DNA from: a virus
Taxonomy: Duplodnaviria > Caudoviricetes
IMG/VR virus record: IMGVR_UViG_3300033163_000002
Coordinates: 1,340 to 65,339 of that record
DNA length: 64,000 bases
Reading direction: 5' to 3' (one strand)
Below, piece by piece: positions 11,697-20,495 of this stretch. The position numbers and the translations under genes were made by a program. The first letter of the stretch is position 1. The number at the start of each line of letters is the position of its first letter. A model generated the notes under the pieces. It searched no databases and had not been told where the DNA came from. It was given only the letters and a program-made list of their open reading frames with translations.

Positions 11697-12394
11697 GATT
11701 CTTTTTCTTTAATTCGGGCTTTCCAAAATTTAGGATCAACATATTCCAACGCCTTGCTGTTCCATTTCAATCCCAACCAATCCACCAGTTCAAAGATCTG
11801 TTGGTAATCCCCGTGGATCATCCTTTCCGGCCAGATCACCCGGCAATTCAACCCTTCCATCACCATTTCCACGAATCGATCTTCATACTGGGCCACCCAC
11901 CAACGCCATCCATCCGCTTCCGATTCCACCCCGATCATTTCCCTGATCATTGGATTCTGGAAAGCCTGCATGTAGGCGGTTTTCAAGCAGGATTGCACCA
12001 CATCCCCGGTCCTTCTCCTGACAATCACCCATTTCGCATTTGGATAGGCATAATGCCAAGCCGGCCAAGTCAAAGCCAGCCGGAAATCTTTGATCATCCA
12101 TGGTCCTTGTGTGTATCCATCTTCCAAAATAATCCGCTCCACCTTTTCCCGCCATCCTCTGGGGATTTCCAGATCCTTTGTGGGTAGGAATGGAAATTGT
12201 CCTTTTATATCCAAATCATTCCTCCGCATATACTCATGGAATAATTGATTCCGGATCTTGTGGTTTTCATAATTGGATTCAACCAAAGAATTCCCCCCGA
12301 AAGCACCACATATTTTCAGGATCCCAGCAATCATACTGGTTCCAGATCTGCGCGCCCCGGTGATCAGGATCGGTGATGGCATTTTATCGATCAT
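11678..12394 (-). CDS. Sulfotransferase family protein
   Basis: PILITGARRSGTSMIA (5'-PSB loop), KD, VIVRR motifs. Start at MIDKMP overlaps the upstream stop; the track starts it at 12427. Confidence 0.8.
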   Translation of the reverse strand: MIDKMPSPILITGARRSGTSMIAGILKICGAFGGNSLVESNYENHKIRNQLFHEYMRRNDLDIKGQFPFLPTKDLEIPRGWREKVERIILEDGYTQGPWMIKDFRLALTWPAWHYAYPNAKWVIVRRRTGDVVQSCLKTAYMQAFQNPMIREMIGVESEADGWRWWVAQYEDRFVEMVMEGLNCRVIWPERMIHGDYQQIFELVDWLGLKWNSKALEYVDPKFWKARIKEKESWQGQQ

Positions 12395-14012
12395 ATCTTT
12401 CCAATTTTTTGCCCAATTTAAAATCAACAGAAAGGGGAATGAATCGCATATATCCGGATGATGGAAAATGTGTCAATTCCCCGAAGTATACCGCATTCCC
12501 GATGCAATAAAGATCCACCCGGACATAATCAAAGGGTTCAGCCAATTTTTCCGCCAGATCGATCATAAATTTCAATCGCCTTGGTTTGGGAATCGATTCC
12601 CCACACCATCCCCTTTTTGTCATCAGGGGAAGGCGGTTCCAATCCCGATCATAACTACCAAAAATGGATACTTCAGATCGCCGATTATTCGCCGCATAGA
12701 TATGGGTTACCTTTCCATTCAGCACCTGAAATTTGAAATCAAAAGGCAGCTCCCCATCCTGATCCAACAACAAAGGCTCAATCAGGATCTTCCGTGACAT
12801 CAAATCATAATGCCATTCATTCTTTTCTCCCCCGTATCCCCTTTTTAACCATCGGCGACATTCCCGGATCACATCCCCCTTCGACTTGGTCAGATCCCGA
12901 TCCCGCCGGATGATCATATATTGCCCGGACATATGATTGGGTTTCACGATGTAATTTTCCGGCAGATTTTCAAAGGGAATCAATCCCGGATCATCAGATT
13001 CAAAAATGGTGGGGATCAGGATCCGATCCGCTATTTCTTTCCCCAATTTTTCCCGGACATATTCTTTTACTTGGATCTTGTCCCCGGTAATAACCAATAA
13101 TGGATTCCGATTGAAATGCTTCCGGTGAACAATCTTTTCAGACAAAGACTCCGGATTCATGATATCCATTGGATACCCCAGAATCTTACTCCCCCAGATT
13201 GTCTCTTTCCGCAAGGCTTCAAACCGCTCCGCCATCCCTTCAATGGGTAATCTGTTGAAATGGACCGGATCCAAATGGCCATCCCAGTATTGTTGAATCC
13301 AAAGGTTATCAAAATATTCACTCGTAGGATCAATTTTACCGGCCATTAACACCATTTTGCTTCTGGGTAATAGATCCTTCCCCCTTTTGGGAAATCGGGC
13401 GTTAGGAAGGAAGTGAAAGACCTCCACGCCATCATCTTCCATGAAAAGGGCTTCCCCCCTTCCCAGAATATGGCTGATCCAAGCCTGATCAGTCCCCAGC
13501 AATTCCCGCTTCTTGCATCTGCTTACCAAAAGATCCCGATTCCCTGCCGGATCCTTTGCGAATTCATCCCAGACCTGGCGGCGGGCTCCGGCATTCATCA
13601 TGAATAAGCCACCATTGTAGAATTGATGGGATCTTTTCCCATAAAACTTATTGATGATGAAATCCTCTTCCCTGCTGAATAATTCATCCAGATTCCCCAC
13701 AATCACGCAATCCAGATCAATGCAAACAAATCGATCCCCGATCAATTCCCGCATATCTTCGCTGAAAACATATAAGCGATTATAACATCCGCCCAGATCC
13801 CGGCATTTGTCCCAAAGGGGAATTGTGCGGAATTCAACCCCGGTCGGATCATCCGTAATGCAAATGAATTCATGGGGAATGGTCAGGTGTTTTTGCAAGG
13901 CCCGGCCCATTGCATTGACATGGGCAGCAGTATATTGCCCGATCACAGACAAAGATTGAAGCCGGACCCCCCGGCTATGGTTCCACTTGAAACACACAAC
14001 CCGGATCATCAC
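12384..14012 (-). CDS. Glycosyltransferase (GT-A, GT8-like) fused to TupA-like ATP-grasp domain
   Basis: N-terminal VVCFKW, FICITDD, CIDLDCVI, GTDQAWI; C-terminal SEKI..RK, DKIQVKEYV, YIVKPNH.SG, DFKF, DYVRVDLY, YFGELT..P.SG. Confidence 0.82.
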   Translation of the reverse strand: MMIRVVCFKWNHSRGVRLQSLSVIGQYTAAHVNAMGRALQKHLTIPHEFICITDDPTGVEFRTIPLWDKCRDLGGCYNRLYVFSEDMRELIGDRFVCIDLDCVIVGNLDELFSREEDFIINKFYGKRSHQFYNGGLFMMNAGARRQVWDEFAKDPAGNRDLLVSRCKKRELLGTDQAWISHILGRGEALFMEDDGVEVFHFLPNARFPKRGKDLLPRSKMVLMAGKIDPTSEYFDNLWIQQYWDGHLDPVHFNRLPIEGMAERFEALRKETIWGSKILGYPMDIMNPESLSEKIVHRKHFNRNPLLVITGDKIQVKEYVREKLGKEIADRILIPTIFESDDPGLIPFENLPENYIVKPNHMSGQYMIIRRDRDLTKSKGDVIRECRRWLKRGYGGEKNEWHYDLMSRKILIEPLLLDQDGELPFDFKFQVLNGKVTHIYAANNRRSEVSIFGSYDRDWNRLPLMTKRGWCGESIPKPRRLKFMIDLAEKLAEPFDYVRVDLYCIGNAVYFGELTHFPSSGYMRFIPLSVDFKLGKKLERYDR

Positions 14013-14350
14013 ACACCCCCCGATTCAAGTTTCTGGATCAATTCTTCTGCTTCTCCGATTCGCAGGGCATTTTCATTCATGAAATTCCCCCCTTGATCCA
14101 CCACATCATACCACCCCGCATTCCTTTTCTGAATGGAAAAGGATTTCGGATCTGGTTCAATTTCCGCCAAAGCCTTCGAGGCCTTGGTCCTTGTGAATGG
14201 TTTGGGAAGATCATCCGGATTCAGGGGAATGATCGTGTCCCTGAATATTGGGGGAATCTGCTCCGGATCCGCTTCAAATGTTTCCCCTGCTTTTATTATC
14301 CTGTTGGGGCTGATCTGATATGATCCCCCGCCAATGTTTTTCCATTTCAT
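14009..14350 (-). CDS. Hypothetical virion-associated protein
   Basis: ORF after major capsid gene; GWYDV..G..MNE.ALR..EAE motif at C-terminus. Confidence 0.55.
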   Translation of the reverse strand: MKWKNIGGGSYQISPNRIIKAGETFEADPEQIPPIFRDTIIPLNPDDLPKPFTRTKASKALAEIEPDPKSFSIQKRNAGWYDVVDQGGNFMNENALRIGEAEELIQKLESGGV

Positions 14351-14419
14351 GTCCTGATCTTTTTTGGTTAAAAAGGAATCACCTGATTAGTGATTTTTTT
14401 AAATGGAATCCGGATCAGA

Positions 14420-15520
14420 TTACACCAATCCGGACGCCATGTGAGTGAGGCCGCATTTCCCATTCTGATCAGAGCGGATCTGCGGAACCTGGATTGTCAA
14501 CACCTTGTATTTGGTGATGAAATTGCCTTCAGTGCCCCACTGGACATTCTGCAATCCCATTCCCCGAACCATCCGAACCACATCGCTCGTCATCTGGACG
14601 AAGATGATGTTGTCGGCCGGCAAGGTATCCACAACTTTGATATCAGAAATGCCACCAATTTTCAGGATCCGATCCCGGATAGTCTGGGTGGATTGGCCGC
14701 TGGTGTCATAATCCTCATCCAAAACAGTTTCATATGCGGTCGGGATATAAATTACCCACGGCCCATAATGAAGATTGTTGATGCTGGTCTGTTTCAGACT
14801 GATCACATCCGCCAAGATTTCGGCAGGGGTTTTGGTGGCATCATTCCAAGCCTTGGTCAGATTGACCTTATTCCGGTTGGGATAATTCACATAACTGTAA
14901 ACCGTGCCCCCACCAAATGAATAATTTTCATTGGTGAAAAGCATGTTTTCCAGTTTTTCAGATACCTTGCGGGCAGCCCTTTCAGCCAATGTGGTATCAA
15001 TGGGATTCCCCAGATTCCGGCTGGAAGCCAAAACCCTTGCGTTAATCTCATAATCCACATGAACGATCGGGATGGGCAGGTAGGTGGTTGACCAGACCGG
15101 GCGATCCCCCTGACCCCGGGTTACCGCATCCATGCTCAATTCTGCCTTCAGCGCATCCCCTACATCATGGCTTTCCAGAAGCGTGGTTCCCATCGCATTC
15201 CCCAGATTGTAGGTCAGCCCCCTGCTGATCAGATCAGCGACGCCATTCAATCGGGTTTCTGCGATTCCCAAAACTGCTTCATCCAGTGTTTTCCATTCAT
15301 CCCGGCGAAGGGTTCCACTGGTATTTACCAGCTGGGTCACATAGGATTTCGGATCCTTCGCATCCCCACCCTTAAACACGGTGATGTAGGTTCTTCCATC
15401 TTTCCCGATATATGGGCGAAGGGATCCGGGATCCATCCGACCGTTTACGGCAAACAGGTTGGCCACCTCCCCTTGAGTCTGACCATTTCCTACAAAATCA
15501 ATATTCACATTTTCAGCCAT
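14420..15520 (-). CDS. Major capsid protein (HK97 fold, encapsulin-like family)
   Basis: ~366 aa; LRRDEWKTLD.AV..A..RL.GV.DL..RGL, P.P..H.DY.I..R.L motifs; follows scaffold and decoration genes; AAAGGAGG SD before ATG 15520. Confidence 0.85.
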   Translation of the reverse strand: MAENVNIDFVGNGQTQGEVANLFAVNGRMDPGSLRPYIGKDGRTYITVFKGGDAKDPKSYVTQLVNTSGTLRRDEWKTLDEAVLGIAETRLNGVADLISRGLTYNLGNAMGTTLLESHDVGDALKAELSMDAVTRGQGDRPVWSTTYLPIPIVHVDYEINARVLASSRNLGNPIDTTLAERAARKVSEKLENMLFTNENYSFGGGTVYSYVNYPNRNKVNLTKAWNDATKTPAEILADVISLKQTSINNLHYGPWVIYIPTAYETVLDEDYDTSGQSTQTIRDRILKIGGISDIKVVDTLPADNIIFVQMTSDVVRMVRGMGLQNVQWGTEGNFITKYKVLTIQVPQIRSDQNGKCGLTHMASGLV

Positions 15521-15536
15521 TTTTTGCCTCCTTTCT

Positions 15537-15983
15537 TTAAACAATTCTTACTTTGATTCGAGCGGTGGATGCGGTGGTGGTGACGGCTTCCAAAGCCTGT
15601 GCCACGATCTGCAATCCATGAACCTCAACGCCACCAGAATCGGTGTCTTCCACATGCTTTTTCAGCGTGCCATCCCCGGCGGAGCAAAGGAAATCCCCTG
15701 CGACCACTTCTTCGCTGGCTGCCAAGAGCGCATTCACATGCTCACCCCTTTGGGCAACCCAAACCTGAACCGGGTCATCCTGAGCGTAAGCCTGATCGAT
15801 TGTTTTCCCCTGAAGTTCATCTTCCAATGCGAACATGGGGATGGCGTTTTCATTTTCGCCATCATGGAATTCCACTTTTCCATTGGAATTAAACTTCACC
15901 AGATGTCCGGGAGTGATCGCCCCAGCGGCCACATATTCTTCAATGACATCCAGATACTTTTTTAACTTAATGGTGTTTGCCAT
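15537..15983 (-). CDS. Capsid decoration/cement protein
   Basis: 148 aa just upstream of MCP; A.GAITPG.LV, G..L..G.G.L motifs; strong SD. Confidence 0.65.
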   Translation of the reverse strand: MANTIKLKKYLDVIEEYVAAGAITPGHLVKFNSNGKVEFHDGENENAIPMFALEDELQGKTIDQAYAQDDPVQVWVAQRGEHVNALLAASEEVVAGDFLCSAGDGTLKKHVEDTDSGGVEVHGLQIVAQALEAVTTTASTARIKVRIV

Positions 15984-16000
15984 TTTTTTGCCTCCTTTCG

Positions 16001-17494
16001 TTATTTGTTATCAGATTTGGTTTCCACCCCTGCCGGCAAAAGGATTTCATCATCCGCCTGCTGGTGATTGGTCGGGCCCATCCCGGAATAATCCACTTTG
16101 GGCTTGACTGAACTGGACAATTTTTCCAAAAACCCGGTGTCCATTTTCTTCAATTCCTCATCCGTCCAAACTCCTTTTGCAGAATTGGCAAGGATGTTGT
16201 TGATCAATTCCTGCCGCTTTTCCCGGTGCAGTTTCAGTCCATTCCGCATTTGATCCTGAATTTCATCCGGCATGATCTGGATGAAATCATCAGGTTTCTG
16301 GAAATGATCTTTCAAGACCTGAATGGCCTGATCGACATTTACCTGCGGTGGTTCCGGATCTTCTACCGGATCAGCGGCCTGTTCTTCCATTGGCTCCAGC
16401 TTGCCCAGAATATCCTCTTCCTGAGTCAGCAGCCATTCCTTGTCCTCTTCCGTGAATCGGGTCCTTTCATTGGAAATCAATTCATCGACCCGGCGGATAA
16501 AACAAGGGCTTTTCACATTTTCACTCATAGTTTTACCTCCTTTGTTTGAAATTGGTGATTTTGTTCGGATCATGGATCCGTCTTCTTCATTGGTTGCAAG
16601 ATAGCGGACTTCCCTTTTCACCTTTTGGGCGCCCCCTACAAAATTGATCCCTGAATCAGATTTTTCATAATTCTGGCGGAAAATTTCCGACGGATTCCCG
16701 TTGGAATCCTTTTCGTAGATGAAATGATCATCATACACATCTGCCAAATAATGATAAGCCGATTCTGAATTCAATTTTTCCAAAGATTGGCGGATCTGGG
16801 CGATTATTTCCATGTAACTTTCGTCGACCTGAAAAGAATGCACTCCGAACCGCTCATTTCCCATTACACTCACATCAATACCTCCTTTCTTTTGGTTTGA
16901 ATCAGAATTCACACGGATTCCACACCCGTCCTGCCATGAACAAGCGCCAATCCCTCCGGGCAAGAGGGCCAAATGATCCGGGCGCTGCTCGCGGGCCACC
17001 GCATGATAAACTTCCCCTTTCCACTCACCATCGACGATCTCTTCTTCGGTAAAGATCCCGACACTGACCTCCAATGGTTTCCCCTGATTTATGTAGGAAA
17101 GGGCTTCCGGGGACATTGCCATCAATTTTTGTTCATTCAGGCGAAGATCCGCCTTCAATTTCTTTCCATCCATCCGGGGATTGATCACCTCCCCGACTGC
17201 CTGATCTTTGACCTGCGGGGAATTGGCGGAAATATATTCCCCCTGTCCGTTTTGGGGATGATCGATCATGACAGGCATTCCAGTCCATTCCGGGATGGCC
17301 TTTTCCAATTCCTCCGCCGGATGAAACAACGGTCCCATGCTTCCAGAATGGACCCCTTCCACCATCATCACCACAGGCAGGATCAAATGACGGACCCCCT
17401 GATGCATTTCAATCCGGATCTTGTATCCGGAAGCGGTCCGGGCATGGGTGGTCATTTCCCGGATTTCCAATCTGATTTCCTTTTCTTTGTTCAT
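16001..17494 (-). CDS. Prohead protease (DUF2213-like)/scaffold fusion
   Basis: W.G.PV.IDHP, LEVSVG, PDHLALLP..GAC motifs; coiled-coil C-terminus; two in-frame internal SD-led starts (16873 GTG, 16528 ATG). Confidence 0.75.
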   Translation of the reverse strand: MNKEKEIRLEIREMTTHARTASGYKIRIEMHQGVRHLILPVVMMVEGVHSGSMGPLFHPAEELEKAIPEWTGMPVMIDHPQNGQGEYISANSPQVKDQAVGEVINPRMDGKKLKADLRLNEQKLMAMSPEALSYINQGKPLEVSVGIFTEEEIVDGEWKGEVYHAVAREQRPDHLALLPGGIGACSWQDGCGIRVNSDSNQKKGGIDVSVMGNERFGVHSFQVDESYMEIIAQIRQSLEKLNSESAYHYLADVYDDHFIYEKDSNGNPSEIFRQNYEKSDSGINFVGGAQKVKREVRYLATNEEDGSMIRTKSPISNKGGKTMSENVKSPCFIRRVDELISNERTRFTEEDKEWLLTQEEDILGKLEPMEEQAADPVEDPEPPQVNVDQAIQVLKDHFQKPDDFIQIMPDEIQDQMRNGLKLHREKRQELINNILANSAKGVWTDEELKKMDTGFLEKLSSSVKPKVDYSGMGPTNHQQADDEILLPAGVETKSDNK

Positions 17495-18867
17495 GATTTG
17501 ATCCCTTTTGGTAAAGATAATCCTCTTGTTCGGGGGGAATAATCCATAAAATCAGTCTGGATCTGGCTGGGTTTGATTTTGATCCCATAATATTTGGCGG
17601 CCCTTTGGTAAAAGGGAAGATCCGGGACTGTCTTAACTCCCCCTGCCCCAAATACTTCCGCGTCAAAAATCCGACCTTTCCTAACCACCCACACATGGGA
17701 TGATGTCATGCTATCCCCCAACATATCAGAACTGCCCGTCACCTTTCCCCCATATTTCCGCGCGAAATGATCCGCCCAGATATCACAATACCCTGCGTTG
17801 ATTTCCCTTGGTGAAAGATCCAGCGGATAGTTTTCCCCGTAATTATCATTTATCGACCGGACCACATCCTCGTGCAGATCCTTGTCCGGGATCATTTCCG
17901 GCTCCAGAACCTTCGGCAACATGATGCATCGGCAATTGGGATGGGCCGGGAGCATCGTTTCTGCTTCTTCCAATGTAAAAGTCCTTCCCTGCATCCCGGC
18001 ACAAAGATCGCAAACCCGCATATCATCCGTTGTGGTCCATTCTGCCTCCACGAAAACCCCCTCTGCCCCCCAATTCTTATACTCCTGAATGGTTGCCACA
18101 TGGTGCGCCCGGATGACTTCCGTCCGGGCCAGCATCACAGCCCGCTTTTCCGCCGGGATGAATCTTCCAACGGAATCGGTTAACCCCAGATCCTTCAGTC
18201 CCGCCCCGCTGATTGCTGCATTCATTTTCCTTGCTAACAATCTGGGATGATCCCCATCGGCCAGCCCTTGTGAAAGAATCCGGCTGATATGGGAATCCAT
18301 TGCGGAAGTGATCCCTTTCAAATCTGAAAATGTCCGGGTGTATAGCAATCCAACCCGGTCAATATGAAAGGGGGTGCCCATCACAGCGTCGATACCCCCA
18401 CTCGACTCAACAGATGGAATTGAGAATCCCGCTTTTCCCATCTCGTAGCGGGCCCTCATCACCCCCCTTTTGTATGAATCCTGAATATATTGGTTGGTCC
18501 AAGCGGATTCCACAGCGGATCCCACCTGATTCATATGTCGAACTTCCAGAATCCCCTGCTCGACTTGTCGATTCAACCATTCCATGAACCCCGCCATTTT
18601 ATCCCCGGATCTTTCAAAGGCGAAAGCCCGGCGACCGGGGGATGCCGCAAACCCCCTCACCCCAGATCCCCCATCCATCAGACCGAAGCAATCATCCCGC
18701 ACCACAGCCTGATAAATGGATCCCCTGATCCCCCTGAACCTTTTCCTGATATCGCCAACAAATTTCTGACGAATCTGGGTTGTCCGGGTAGGATCCAGCC
18801 GATTTATCCTTTCATTCAGGGATAAAACCGGCCGCTCATGGGTCAATATGGATCCGCAATCACACAT
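17491..18867 (-). CDS. MuF-like minor head protein with C-terminal extension
   Basis: RA.MLARTEVIRAH, W.TT.D.RVC..C...G, P.HPNCRC; ~130 extra C-terminal residues. Confidence 0.85.
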   Translation of the reverse strand: MCDCGSILTHERPVLSLNERINRLDPTRTTQIRQKFVGDIRKRFRGIRGSIYQAVVRDDCFGLMDGGSGVRGFAASPGRRAFAFERSGDKMAGFMEWLNRQVEQGILEVRHMNQVGSAVESAWTNQYIQDSYKRGVMRARYEMGKAGFSIPSVESSGGIDAVMGTPFHIDRVGLLYTRTFSDLKGITSAMDSHISRILSQGLADGDHPRLLARKMNAAISGAGLKDLGLTDSVGRFIPAEKRAVMLARTEVIRAHHVATIQEYKNWGAEGVFVEAEWTTTDDMRVCDLCAGMQGRTFTLEEAETMLPAHPNCRCIMLPKVLEPEMIPDKDLHEDVVRSINDNYGENYPLDLSPREINAGYCDIWADHFARKYGGKVTGSSDMLGDSMTSSHVWVVRKGRIFDAEVFGAGGVKTVPDLPFYQRAAKYYGIKIKPSQIQTDFMDYSPRTRGLSLPKGIKS

Positions 18868-18875
18868 AATTCCTT

Positions 18876-20375
18876 TTATTGCCTGTTTTGGCTTCGTTTC
18901 CGGGCTTCTGGCTGGCGATCATCCTGATCCGGATCCAGAATATCATCCGGGGGGATCGGATCGTCCTGAGCCCGCTTTTCGGCTTCTTCGGCCAAACGCT
19001 TTTCCTCTTCCCATTCCGCCTCTTCTTCCAACAGGGCCGCTTCCCGCATTTCCTGAATCATTTGGATCTGCTCCGGACTCAATCCCAAAAAGAATTCCAT
19101 AAATGCCACCGGGGGAATAATCTCCGCAGCTCCCATTTCCTGAGCATAGGATCGCAGGGCTTCCGTCCGGGCTTTCCCAATATCGACCTGATCTTTTTCC
19201 GATGGTGCAAACAGATCCGACCATTTAATGCTATACCCATCCGCCCCCGCCTTTGGAAGAACCCCCAATTCAATGCATCGGTCAATGAAGGGCAAAAGGA
19301 TCTGTTGCTCGGCAAACTCTTCCCTGCGGGTTTGGATCAATTCCTTCCATGTGTCTTGATCCTGCGAACTGGCCAATTCTCCCCTTTCCGATCCCACAAG
19401 GATCCGTTTCGGGATTCCCGTCGCTGCGCTGATCATTTGAATCTGAACATCCACATGATTCAAAGGATCCGACACCTGACTGGCCAAGGTTTTCAGATCC
19501 ACCCCTTCACTCAACAGGACCCGGCGAAGATTGTGTTCGTATTCATCCAATTGGTTTTTAAGATCCTGTTCCATTTCATCCGACATGGTGTATTCCGAAT
19601 CAACCACCCCCTGATATCCCGGGCGGGCCCCTTTCCAGAACATTTCCGCCGACCCCCCGACCAATTTTTCCAGATCCTTCAATCGATTGAAAAGGACTTC
19701 CAGAACCGGCTCCCCTTCCGTTTCATTTTCCAACAACTCCCCCACCACATGAATCACCCTGCTATGATGAACCACCATGTTGTAGGTTTTGGAATCCCCC
19801 GGATTGGTCATCCGGAGTTCATAAATAAGGGGCAATCCGAATCGCTCGTTATTTGGATCATCTTCCCATTTCTGAATGCTACAGGACCCTTCCCCAAATG
19901 GTTTGACATAGATCAGATCCCTTTTCCCCCCTTCCACCGGCTTGGCCAGATCATCCTTCGCCCGGACATCATTGAATCCCATCAAAAGAACCCCATACCT
20001 TCCCAGACTGCTCAATTTATCCAACCGGACGAATCTGGATTTCAGTTTCAATCTTTTTTCCAGATCCTTCCAAGCCCTTTCTAATTCGGTTTCCTTGTCA
20101 TCATCCGATTCCAACACAATCAGATCCCCCTGCCATGTCCCTTTGATGGGCCGATTGATCAGGGCCTTTGCCATGTCTTGGCGGGAATACTGGGTCAGGA
20201 AATCCAGATAAGTCAATTCCTTTTTATAGCCCAACGCCTCATAAATATCCCGGCTCCCATCAAACTGCATCCCCAATCGGGCCGCTATATTGGCCCTACC
20301 CATCAGGGCTGACAGGACCTGCATCCGGGCGTTCGGATCCGGATTCCCTTTCTTTGGTTGTTTTGTTCGTTCCAT
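18876..20375 (-). CDS. Portal protein (DUF1073/ACLAME-type)
   Basis: 499 aa after terminase; VHHSRVIH, SAATGIPKRILVGSERGELAS..D..TW motifs. Confidence 0.88.
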   Translation of the reverse strand: MERTKQPKKGNPDPNARMQVLSALMGRANIAARLGMQFDGSRDIYEALGYKKELTYLDFLTQYSRQDMAKALINRPIKGTWQGDLIVLESDDDKETELERAWKDLEKRLKLKSRFVRLDKLSSLGRYGVLLMGFNDVRAKDDLAKPVEGGKRDLIYVKPFGEGSCSIQKWEDDPNNERFGLPLIYELRMTNPGDSKTYNMVVHHSRVIHVVGELLENETEGEPVLEVLFNRLKDLEKLVGGSAEMFWKGARPGYQGVVDSEYTMSDEMEQDLKNQLDEYEHNLRRVLLSEGVDLKTLASQVSDPLNHVDVQIQMISAATGIPKRILVGSERGELASSQDQDTWKELIQTRREEFAEQQILLPFIDRCIELGVLPKAGADGYSIKWSDLFAPSEKDQVDIGKARTEALRSYAQEMGAAEIIPPVAFMEFFLGLSPEQIQMIQEMREAALLEEEAEWEEEKRLAEEAEKRAQDDPIPPDDILDPDQDDRQPEARKRSQNRQ

Positions 20376-20384
20376 GATTCCGGA

Positions 20385-20495
20385 TTATTTGTTGTTAAAT
20401 TGCTTTTCCCGCCATTTCAACCAGATCCCAAAGCCCCATGCCCCCAGAAAAAGCACAATCACGAAGATCCACGCTGCTGTTATCATGGCTTTCAT
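20385..20495 (-). CDS. 36-aa single-pass membrane micropeptide
   Basis: MKAMITAAWIFVIVLFLGAWGFGIWLKWREKQFNNK fills the terminase-portal gap with stop/start overlap; paralog at 33856. Confidence 0.6.
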   Translation of the reverse strand: MKAMITAAWIFVIVLFLGAWGFGIWLKWREKQFNNK

